A stretch of DNA of 58,499 nt, the filler included, from Catajapyx aquilonaris (lineage: Eukaryota), in assembly GCA_000934665.2 (NCBI GenBank). It is 3 parts of 3 records of this genome, joined end to end, with 100 filler letters (N's around TTAATTAATTAA, not from the genome) between each part and the next. Parts side by side here need not be neighbours in the genome. Positions count along the whole stretch, not along the records: positions 19,494 to 38,881 come from JYFJ02006468.1; positions 38,982 to 58,499 come from KZ539543.1; 1 more part is not named here. One strand, 5' to 3'. Of the stretch, positions 38,592 through 49,375 are shown piece by piece. Within the stretch, counting starts at the first letter, position 1. Every line of letters begins with the position of its first letter. Both the position numbers and the translations under genes were made by a program. The notes under the pieces were generated by a model. The model was not told where the DNA came from. It saw only the letters and a list, made by a program, of their open reading frames with translations, and made no database searches.

Positions 38592-38881
38592 CACCTAATT
38601 AGAGGTGATTCAAAATTGTGTGACTATGGGACAGTATATACGGACCTGTGCATGCTGTTATTGACATAAGATTGGTAACATTCGTTCGACAAATAAAAGC
38701 TGTGGATTTTTTTCTGTATGACTTCATGAACAATATTATTATTTTTGAAAGGTGATCTTCCATTTTGCTTTATGAAATATTCTTACAAATCTAACATTGT
38801 CACATTTTTAGCTACACATCACAGCTTTTGCATTAATCAGAACTCTATTACATTAGTTATATTTTACCAATCTCGTCCCCT

Positions 38882-38981
38882 NNNNNNNNNNNNNNNNNNN
38901 NNNNNNNNNNNNNNNNNNNNNNNNNTTAATTAATTAANNNNNNNNNNNNNNNNNNNNNNNNNNNNNNNNNNNNNNNNNNNN
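38882..38981. other. Artificial contig linker N44-TTAATTAATTAA-N44
   Basis: Identical to 19394-19493. Confidence 0.95.
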
Positions 38982-40260
38982 GTGAAGCAATTCCCCGGAC
39001 CAGAATACTATTGTAAAAGGTATCGACAAGTGTCGATCAAAGTGCCGTGCATATTCTGTGGGAGCTATAGGGAGGTGCATGAATAATGTAAGCAGGCAGG
39101 AGGCTCTAATGGCCTAGCTGCTCGTGTTAATAATGTATTTATGTGGTTTGAGGAGGGGGGTGAGTTTGGCCCCTGGCCATTTCTCGCCTCTTCTCCCCCC
39201 TCCTAGTCTTTCCGGGTCATACTTACCCCCTACTAGTACATGAGGCAAAAATAAATATGGTCCCCTTTTATATATTGACCCGTAGCTGTCAGTGCGTAAG
39301 AATGGCCGTTGGGGGCAGTAATTATTTGCGTTTGGTACCGAGACACACGTGCCAGATTACCAGGACAGGCGTATCGTTCCGGCCCGGAAATAGACCCTGC
39401 CAGATAGCAAAACATGGTGATGAAGAGGTCCGATTGTGTCTCTTCGAATGGACCAAAAATTTCTCTTTGGGTGCCCCTTCGGTGCAAGGGTGCTTAGGGC
39501 GTGAAAGGCGGTGATATGGAGAAAGATTAGACGTCTGAAATAAACTGTCTTGCTGCCAGCTGTTTTAATGAGTGGTGCAACTGACCCCTTTTGCATAATT
39601 ATATTTGCGTAGACTTTGGCCGTTGGGCACGTGCAAGTCTGGCCTGTAGGCTAATAGTAGTAGGGACGTATAATGCTATTTGACTTAAGATTGCGATATT
39701 TTGTTATCAATCTAGTTCATGTGATGAGATGGGGCAATACTCCCTTAGTGCCGTACTTAAACACTAGCGCTTCGTGGTTTAAACGCCGTGGAGTAGAGCA
39801 TTAAATTCCTTCGCACTTTCATTTTATGTAGTCCGTATACTGAATTGGTCGCGTCACCAAGTACTTAGTCATTTTATTAATTACATTATAAATTACACAC
39901 GCAAAATTAATCCAGCTATGCCTGATTTTTTTGTTTTTGTAATTTAAAAAAATTAATGCTCCTCACTGGAGGGCGTTGGAGTCTGCTGGGGGTAGATTTG
40001 GGGGAGTGCGCTTTGTTAGGGTTAGTCGTGAAACGGGCTTCGGGCGACTCTAATAAGTAGCTCCGTATCTGTTATATTATTGGACCACGACCCTGAGTGA
40101 CCTTGCGGGGTCAGGGAGATGACCTGAGGTCAACCCTCGCGATATTTTTAAATGAGCAAATGACTAAAAATCTAACAACCGTACAAGTGTCCTATAGCAG
40201 GGTTTGGAAATATAATCTACCTTCGCTTTGGGGGATGGTAGGAGGGTTCTAGACGATCAT

Positions 40261-40524
40261 TTTGTTTGTTTGTTTGTGTGTTACCCCGTGATAGGGCTCG
40301 AGGCCCTCTTAGGGGGGAGCCGTGGCATAGCCATTTCTGACATTCTGTAACACCAGACCTTTTCTCCTGGCCCTGAGCAGAGAAGGGAGTGCAATTCTGC
40401 TCCGGCATGTCGGGTGAAAAGCGGAAAAAGACCCAGTCAAGCAGAGGTGACGGGGACGGGATTTGAACCCCGGCCTCCCGCTTGGCTGGCCAGTGGCGTA
40501 ACCACTAGACCACCATGCCGCCCC
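40261..40524 (-). mobile_element. tRNA-derived SINE family D
   Basis: A box TGGTCTAGTGG, B box GGTTCAAATCC, (AAAC)n tail, 13-bp TSD tctagacgatcat at 40248-40260 and 40525-40537. Confidence 0.9.
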
Positions 40525-40828
40525 TCTAGACGATCATGGGTCTCCGAAGCATAGTTACCGAGATAATTAGCATTAAATAAAACGTGCATTATACCAGATT
40601 CTATGTTTCGGATACAGCCTACGACACTGCCATCGCCTAGGCCACTGTCTGCTACGCCTAATGGGATTGCGATTTAAATTTAAATTGCATGATAACACCT
40701 TAAATGTAAATGAAAAAGGTAAGGTCGCCTGGAGGGACGCATACCTGCCAGGATATTTTATACTGTGTGTTTGAAGCACATTATCTCGGTAACTATGCTT
40801 CGGAGACGCCAATACCTATACTTAAAAT

Positions 40829-41109
40829 TAGGGCTGTGCGATATTTCGATACATCGACTGTCGATACGATATTTTCGTAATATCGAAGTTGCGATATCCG
40901 ACGCTTGGCATGTTCGATGTATCGAATATCGCGATTTTTCGATGTCGGTTCGATGTCGGTTTTCGGTTTTCGATATTTTTCGATGTCGGTTTTCGGTTTT
41001 TTTCGATGTCAGTTCGATGTCGGTTTTTCGATTTCGATATATCGACTTCGATTCGATATTTTTTAAGTATCGAAAGTCGATATGTAATTTCTGATATCGC
41101 ACAGCCCTA
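40829..41109. mobile_element. hAT-type MITE rich in TCGAT motifs
   Basis: 16-bp TIR tagggctgtgcgatat, perfect 8-bp TSD cttaaaat. Confidence 0.92.
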
Positions 41110-42068
41110 CTTAAAATGATCGTCTAGAACCCTTCAACCATTCCCCAAAGCGAAGGTACATGATATTTCCGAACCCTGTAGGACGCTAGTCTGAACAATT
41201 ATTTCTTTATTTTTGTCTATTTAGTAATTTTATTTGTCTATTACGCAACTACAGTATTTCACACTAGTAAGCAGGAATTATGTCGCATAGGCTTTCAAAT
41301 TGGTACATGACAACAAGCTCGTGCATATAGGAGAACCGGCCACAACACGGTTATCCGCTGGTCGTCCCCCACCCGCGTGACACCAGTTTCCACCTACATG
41401 GCGTATAGGCGTCCGGCGCAAATCTGGCAAGAGTTTGTGAGGTTGCGCGGTATGGGATGCGTCAAGTATTTACATGGGATGCCGGAACCCCTGCTTATAG
41501 AGCTCTGCCGAAATGATGCCCCGCAGGGATTGCGCCCGGTATATCCGGACCTCTCGCAACAAAAGACGAGCTGCTTCCGGATGTACCTGGGATGCGGTAC
41601 GATGACATGGAGCTTTTACCGCGCGTCAGACCCAATTGAAATTGCATAATTCAAGGGGCGGAAAAGGGGGCCACCTTCCCCCCCCCAAAAAATAGTTGCA
41701 CGTATTTTGGAGTCGGCTTTACATAACTGCGCATAGTCGAGCCACCCACCTACCTTATTGATCTATCTTCCTTTTGTAGCTTCTGCTGAACCAAGCCTCT
41801 TTTCCCGCCAGGACTTATGCGTGAACCGACCAATCCGATTATTTTTCTCATATACCCGCGTGCCATAAGATGATGACTTGGTTCTTGATGGAGGTTATCT
41901 TGGGAAGGGTAGTTTTTTGGGGGGTGGATGCTAGGGGGCCTATAGGATTAGGTCGCCAAATTTCAATCACGCCTTGCCGATACAGGTCGCCTCAACCAAT
42001 CTTGTGGAGCACACATGGTTCATTATTAAAGGGGATGGTCCAGACGGTTTCCAAGCCGGATTTGGCAG

Positions 42069-42290
42069 GTTTTTAACCAATAAGACTGATGATTACATAT
42101 AAATAGGCCAGGCTATGGGGTAGTTTTTAACCAATAAGACTGATAATTACATATAAATGGGCCAATCGGGCGATGGGGTAGTTTTTAACCAATAAGACTG
42201 ATGATTACATATAAATGGGCCAGTCAGGCGATTATGGGGTAGTTTTTAAGCAATAAGTCGTCTGATTACATATAAATAGGCCAATCAGGG
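42069..42290. repeat. Four tandem 54-61-bp units containing CCAAT and TATAAA
   Basis: Unit gtttttaaccaataagactgatgattacatataaat(a/g)ggcca...atggggta at 42069, 42123, 42181, 42242. Confidence 0.9.
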
Positions 42291-44647
42291 TTGTCCACGA
42301 ATCGGGCATTGAATTTCATGTAAGAATGCGGGAAGTTATAATAGTGTGCGAGCTCTAAATGGTTTGTGAGGCCCCGCAGGCATGATTTTGCAGTATTCAT
42401 AACTTTGGCTCATGAATATGCTGTGAATAATTTTTGGAAATAGTGCGGATCTATTATGCTCGGGAGGTATAGCGGAAGTTTGAAGGTGTTATGTGGCGTT
42501 ATTAGCTTCGTCCATTAGATTACCTTCAGTGTTACAAATCGCTATTACTCATATGCTGGTCTATACATCAGTTGAAAATGGGCATAAAAATGACGTTCGT
42601 GGTTGGCGTAATAAAGATGTAGACACGTATGAGAAGAGCAATTCAGGATTGAAATACTGTAATACGTGTGGATAATTTGATATGAATTGCGCTGTTCGGC
42701 GCAAATTCAGATATTTTTTTTTGTCTGATTTTATCGCGCATTATGGATGAATGTATAAAGCTTGACTGTATAAGTGAGTAATTTGATCTGTGAATTGAGC
42801 ATTATTCTGTATTGACTTTTTGGGCCTTTAATGCCTAGAATAGTAGGATAGTAATGCTTTTGCATAATTTGTTACGGTCTATGAGAGAGAACCCGACATT
42901 TACATGAACGCGATTTATGGCGTTAAGACCACTCAAATGGGTATACTATTTTGCATATCAATGCAGGACATGTTTTGTCAATGACGACATATAAATATAC
43001 ATATTTGAAACTATTTTAGTGATGTCTTCGAAAATATTTGAGGCTGATTGGAGAGTATTTTTATAATCATTTTGTGGGCATTTTGCAGGGAATAACTATC
43101 TGGTGGGCATCACAAAACAGCCTCCGTGTTATACGCATCATATTGATTCTGTATCATATAACAGTCAGTATCTAGACCTAACTGTTATTATTAGCGTCAA
43201 TTCATAGCGAATTTGAGCACACACCTTCCGGGGTAAGAATGAAAATAGCCCGCATGCTGGCATGCAAATTGAATACATACGTTTTTTTCCATTCTGGTGC
43301 ATAATGTGGCATGTAATTAATACTGTGAATTGCGACTATTGTTACAATCTGCTCCAGCGGTTATTGTACCCTCTTCAGTCAAATGCCAGCGTACCCTGTC
43401 CGCCCTCTTGCCTCGACCCTCTTCCTGAGGCTCTCGTCCCCTCTTGTTACTCCCCTAAAGGTAGATAGTTCGACCCAAATAATTGGACGCGATGGTTGAG
43501 CGTATCTAGTGAAAATAGCATACGTGTGCTTCGATGTTGTAAGCATTATCGGATTATTTGGGAGAAATCGGTTAGGTGAAAGTGCCACTTGCAAACTCTG
43601 CATACAATAATCCCGATATGAAAAAATATATACCATTTGGTTGATACTAGTTTCAGATATCAACATTAGCGTTGGACCATCAGATCTTCATCAACATTTG
43701 AAGCCTGATATTTTCCTTATCCGTTAAGCCAAGTCGACATATGCATAATGGCAGTGATTTGAATGCAAATGGATGGCTGCAGGATCCGCATAATGGCGTA
43801 TGTCTTTCATAGCAGAAGGACGCCATCAGCTATATATGGCTGAGTGCACCTATGTAGTTGTGTGAGTGTGACATGTTGGTTGCAAGTAAAGGAGTTGGGG
43901 TCTGGTGGGGTGGGGAACTGCAGCCAGTAGCCATGTGTCCCACGGGATCGATTCCAATATGGTGGGCAATATTGTCCACGGGAGGAATCAATGTTGGGAG
44001 GAAAAGGGGGTGGTGGTTGGGCTCCGAAGATGGTGCGCAATAATTCCATTTCACGCACGAGGGACCGCGATAATAATTGATATGCCGGCTGGGCTTAATC
44101 ACTATCCCCCCAGGGAGAGTGTTGTCCTGGGAAAGCGCTCCTATATATACACATTCAAGCTCGAGCCTCTTAATAATAATCATCATCATAATAGTAATAG
44201 TGGTAATCTTGGCAGGCAGATAACATGTAGGGCGATCAGTTCATCGGAAGGGACGTTGGGAGCAGCAGTTGGTGCCGATTAATATAGTGTATGGACCTCC
44301 TGGAAGCTGACTGCTGATGGGTTTGGGTGGCAGCCAGCACCCACGCCCAAATAATGATAACGCCCTTCTGTTTCTGGCCGATGCTGGTCTTATGCCGGTT
44401 CTCCATTGCAGATCAGCCCTAACGACGACCTGATGCGGTACAGTAAATAAATACAATGGCGTCTGCTTCCAGCTATTTTGGAGGGGAAGACAACGCGACG
44501 GTATGGGCCACAAATGATTCTTCCGGGATATAACTTACTGTTGAAATTAATTTACTAGGTTATTTTAAACCTATGTATGCCTGAATTATTTTTTATTCAA
44601 TTAAAAAATAATAATGAGAGCAAATGACTACAAATCTAACAACTGTA

Positions 44648-44820
44648 CAGTTCTGGACATTAATTGGTGGCGTACTTGTGGCGTCACAATGACCACCTTC
44701 ACTTGATCGAAATTTGCCCTCAGTATGACCGCCTTCACTTGATTTAAGTGAAGGCAGCCATACTGAGGCAAATTTCGACTCATGGCGCCACAAGTACGAC
44801 ATCACTAATGTCAAGAACTG
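44648..44820. mobile_element. Short palindromic Tc1/mariner-type MITE
   Basis: TA flanks, cagttct(g/t)gacatta termini, almost wholly self-complementary. Confidence 0.75.
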
Positions 44821-45115
44821 TACAATGTTGGACATTAATCGCGTCATACTGCATGCGACATTTTCTGAGTAAGAAGAGGTAGGCCTTGAGTGACGTCACC
44901 GGCTGGGGGGGGGGGGGNCATCTATCAACAAAACAGTCCGCTCGCCTAGCGTCTCTCGTGTGACGCGTCTGAGCGCACCCGTTCCTTGTCTATGAACCCC
45001 CTCTAGATGGCGTTTCCGGACACGGTTTCCTATGTCAAAAATGTTTGTCTTGGTCCCCTCTATTACCCCTGGAAGTTTGTAAAGTTAGGTCGTAAACACC
45101 CTGTATACAGGGTGT

Positions 45116-46116
45116 CAAGTGTCGTTTTAACGGTTATGAATAGCAGTGATTTTTAGTCATTCATGTAGCAGCTACGTCTGAACAGTATATCTCAGACGTA
45201 GCTGCTACATGAATGGCTAAAAATCACTGCTATTCATAAGTATCCCAGGTTCAAGTATCGTTTTATCGGTTATGAATAGCAGTGTTTTTAGCCATTCATG
45301 TAGCAGCTACGTCTGAACAGTATATATATTACATATACTCGCTTTGCGAGCCGGTGGGGCTCCGCCCCCCCGGACCCCCCCGTGGGGCTGGGCCCCACTT
45401 GGCGCGCCTTCGGCGCGGTGCCCGTATTCCGCCGTAATCCATCCATTTACAGAACCCGTGACGTCATGGTCCACGAAGGTGTGGAGTATTAAAATGCGCC
45501 CTAGGTGACGTATTCTGAAAAAAGGCTAGGTGAGATTAGAGTGGATGCAGCTGTCAGCGGGTGATGGATGGAGCTATTGTTCTCGGGGAGTTTGCGGATA
45601 CATTAATTTGGCGATCTCGGGTTTGCGTCTACATTTAATTTGGCGATCTCGAAAACGGCTGGGAATTTCGCGATTATGAGGATTTTTGGCATCGGTATAC
45701 CGGAGGCTAGAAATCCAACGGTGTAAGTCCGAGGTCTCTGCGACGCCGGGAAGTGCGAAATCTTTTCCATCCTATATCCTCGTCGGATAGGGGCTTTATA
45801 TATATTAGACTCGCTTTGCGAGGTGGGGGGGCTCCGCCCCCCCACACCCCCCCTTGGGGCTGCGCCCCAATTGGCGCGCCTTCGGCGCTATGCCCGTGTT
45901 CCGCCTAATCCATCCGGATACAGAAATCCATCCGTTTACAGNGCGTAAGTCCGACGTCTCTCCGACCTCGGGAAGTGGGAGATCTTTTCCATCCTATATC
46001 CTCCTCGGATTGGGGCTTTATATATATTAGATATTCGAGCTGACGTAGCTGCTACATGAATGGCTAAAAATCAAGTGCTATTCATAACCGTTAAAACGAC
46101 ACTTGAACCTGGGATA
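45116..46116. repeat. Four direct/inverted copies of a ~70-bp unit surrounding the Helitron-like insert
   Basis: ggttatgaatagcagtg..tttagccattcatgtagcagctacgtc at ~45116+, ~45194-, ~45250+ and ~46040-; likely arms of a rearranged MITE. Confidence 0.75.
45338..46031 (-). mobile_element. Two head-to-tail Helitron-like non-autonomous units (45810-46031, 45338-45809)
   Basis: Each starts TCTAATATATATAAAGCCCC and ends with hairpin CTCGCAAAGCGAG; the array sits between host A and T with no TSD. Confidence 0.7.
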
Positions 46117-47695
46117 CCCCATATAGGAAGCTTGATTTGATCAAATTGCTAATCACACTCTGCCGAAATTTTGACGAGCTTTACATATGCAGAGCAAGCC
46201 GTATCTAAAAAAGATACGATACAGTGGAACTAATTTGAGTGCCGTAGCAAGGAATTGCTGCGCATTCACTCTTGGACCAAGCATGAAAAATATAGAACAA
46301 CAAGAGCGCACACATTTGATTGGACTTGGGGCAGTGTCATTGTGTGCTGAAACATGCATAGAGAGGGATGCAGGTCCGCAACGGTGCAAATAGAGTACAC
46401 AAGCATCGCACCGCTGTACTGCTGCTGGAGGTGGGGATTTTTTTTTTTTTAAGTTTTTTTTTTTTTTTACCAACACACAGCAGCCTTCCTAGTTTGGGGC
46501 ATGCACATTATGTGAATGGGGCCCATGTAGCAGAGTGGATTCCGGAGCACTTGTCCCTCCGTGAATGGTGACCAAATTGGAACGGGATGATTCATTTTGG
46601 CTCGTTTGTATTTATTCAGGGCGCAGAATAAAACTCCAAGGCAGCACTTGCTAAGCCTATTCAGGGCACTGGAGCGCGCACAATTGCCCAGAGCTACATT
46701 AATTGGTGTGCGGGTGCACATTCAACTCGCCTCCACATTGGCCTTTCATTCCAAACCCCCTTCAAAGCTGGAAATACTGTCGCTTATTTTATTTTTATAG
46801 CTTACCTTTCTACACGACATTATTTTTTTAAAAAAAGGATAGACCTAGTGTGCGTGTGCTTTATTTATTTTTTAAAAAAAAATTAAGCTGGTATGAGTCA
46901 ATCGGATTTCATGGAATTATAGGGCGCTATATATGTGTCCAAGACAGCTTAGATGGCTAATTGCACAAGGAAGGCATCCATAAACACGAACACTGGAGAG
47001 GATTCGTAGTGCACTGATGAACATTGGTGTTCTTCTGCGAGGAAAAGGGGGGGGGGGGCTGGGGGCCATGGTGAAAGGTTCAACTGGATTTGGAAGTTCA
47101 TGCGGATTATCAGGCTAATTAAAAAGGGTAAGAGCTGTAACAGGCGGATTAATAAAATGAGGGTTTTTGGGAGAGCCAACAACATTTTTAGGGAACTAAT
47201 ATTTGCTGTTTTGGACCGGTATCATTTTTTTTAAATGGGTGCGTTTGGCATCACCACTTATCAATTTTTGTCCATTTGCTGTCAAGAAGAATCGAAAGTT
47301 TTCATGAGTGGAAAAACTGGAATTACCGTACTACACACGTGTAATTTTTTATGCGCAAAATAGGATTGGTATGGGTGTTCCCTGTTGTTATGTACTTAGA
47401 GGCCTATTGTAAGTCCATGAAAGGGCTTGTGAAATTCAAAATACTGTTGACTGCATGTAGCCGATTTCAACCGCTGGAGCATTGTAAAAATAAATTCGAG
47501 TGTTACAATGGAAATTTAGCTGTGTATTTATCAGTTTCCCATACTGCAGTACTAGCATAATGAAGTGCATTTGCCTCGTGAATTTTGAGCCGTTCATAAT
47601 TATGTGGACTTAGATTTTAAATGATTCCATCATACAATTTTGATCAGAAATCAACACTGAACTTTTGAATCCCTCCCAGTATGATGAAAGTTGTA

Positions 47696-48024
47696 CAGGG
47701 TGTTTCAACTTTTTTGTCCGAACAGTTATCGGAAAATTGCACGTAGCTGCTACTTCGTAAGCAGTGACTTGCAAACGGTGATTTTTCGGAGGAACGGGGA
47801 ATATTCCCTGCGAATCGTAGGTTGAAGAGGCATATGAGCTGCCCGATGAAAATTGAGGGTCAAGCCTGGAAAAAAGCGGGTCATACATACCATGAGATGT
47901 GTGACCTTCTTTTTCCCCATTCCCCATTCCTCCGACAAATCACTGGTTGCAAGTCACTGCTTACAAAGTAGCAGCTACGTGCAATTTTCCGATAACTGTT
48001 CGGACAAAAAGTTGAACCACCCTA
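47696..48024. mobile_element. Foldback Tc1/mariner-type MITE
   Basis: ~95-bp TIR starting cagggtgtttcaacttttttgtccgaacag, TA flanks; second copy at 55546-55835. Confidence 0.92.
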
Positions 48025-48599
48025 TATATGTTTTTTTTGTTTCTTTTGGCCTAATGCACATAAACACACCCTGTCAGTATTTAACACGATAAAATGTGAC
48101 AACTGATTTGTCGTGAAATAATGGCCATGGTATTTTCTTGTGTAGCGATACAGTGCGATGGAATATGTGACACACAAGAGCGTGTGCTTGTTTAGGTGTG
48201 AACCACAAGTGCATGGAATGTAGCTAGGCGTTTGTTTGAAAAACTGCAACACGCGTTAGTTAGATCTGATGTTGGCAAAGCTCGCAGATGTAAGCTAGAC
48301 GAGACGGAAATAAGCTGCAATATGGACTTGAGGGAGCCTGCTTTGCTAAATATAAGATTCTCACCCTCTCTTCCAGCATGGATATGGCTGCAGAATATTT
48401 TCTTCTTCTTTTCTCACAACCCTATATCTATAGTAGGAAGGGGTTTCGTTTTCACGTCCTTATTAGAAAGAAGGTTAATCCTCTTAAGATCACTCCTTTT
48501 TGATTCGTGAAGAGCACAGAAGAACCTCGGACGAGGGTTGAAAGAATGAAACGTACAGACTTTACCTTCTTATCGATATGATCCTTTTTTTCCCTTTTA

Positions 48600-48980
48600 T
48601 CTTCTTTTCCTTTCCGTCCATTTTGTAAACGACGTCGAGAGTGGTGCCGAGTGTTACACGTCTTGGGTACATTTCTTTCGTTCAGCTCGTTAAGGAGATT
48701 TCCAGAATGAAAAGTGAGTTACCGAAGAGGATAACTGGTGGTTATTTGTCCAGCTTCTGAGTATCGATTGTAAGGAGTGGAGTAATTCTTAGAGGGCTAT
48801 TCATCTGGGTGTCAGTAGTTGTGAGCTCCTTTGTAAGTGGCTTCTAATGGTCTCACACCTGATCGACAAGAAATGGCCACTTGCAGCCTTCAGGAATGTA
48901 GCTGTCGAGTATTGACAAGGAGATATGGATATTGTTTACTCGAAAGAGGTTGTTGGGACTAGGGATGGGAAAAAGCAATC
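48600..48980 (-). pseudogene. Possible decayed LINE fragment (I-group-like C-terminal region)
   Basis: Interrupted frames with only weak resemblance (LHSLQSILRSWTNNHQ) to non-LTR ORF2 C-terminal regions. Confidence 0.22.
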
Positions 48981-49074
48981 TCAATTACGTTAAGGACTGA
49001 ATCTTAGCAATTGCTGATATAGGCCAACAGTTACGTCTAATATGATACGGAAAGACACGCATCGTGCCATTACA

Positions 49075-49375
49075 TCTATATAAATAAAGCCGTTTGTGAG
49101 TCTGTCTGTCTGTCCGCCTGCCAACCGTCATTTGCCTGCCATCTATGCTCCACCCCCAGGCTGGGAGAGGATGGAGGTGTTGGGGGTTCACGACAGATGG
49201 CAGGCAAATCACGGTTGGCGTTATACAGGCGGGAGAGGTTGAAGGTGTTGGAGTAGGAGGACCACAGATGGCATTGGTGGGCGGACAGACAGAAAGACAG
49301 ACAGTTGACAGGGCTTCCGGCAGGTGTTTTCCCTTCATTCATTTCTTCCCGGGCAACGGCGGGTGCCGCATCTAG
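49075..49375 (+). mobile_element. Non-autonomous Helitron (microsatellite-bearing)
   Basis: A|TC 5' end (tctatataaataaa), (GTCT)n repeat, subterminal hairpin cccgggcaacggcggg, 3' CTAG|T, no TSD. Confidence 0.88.

Larger units (their letters stand above)
40198..41178. mobile_element. Tc1/mariner-type long-TIR MITE hosting a SINE and a hAT MITE
   Basis: cagggtt(t/c)ggaaatat...accttcgctttgggga...gggttctagacgatcat arms at both ends; inner arms 40538-40567 and 40780-40810. Confidence 0.8.

Noticed and set aside
40758..41119. Overlapping Arg/Phe/Asp-rich ORFs
   Set aside because: These are translations of the TCGAT-repeat hAT MITE.
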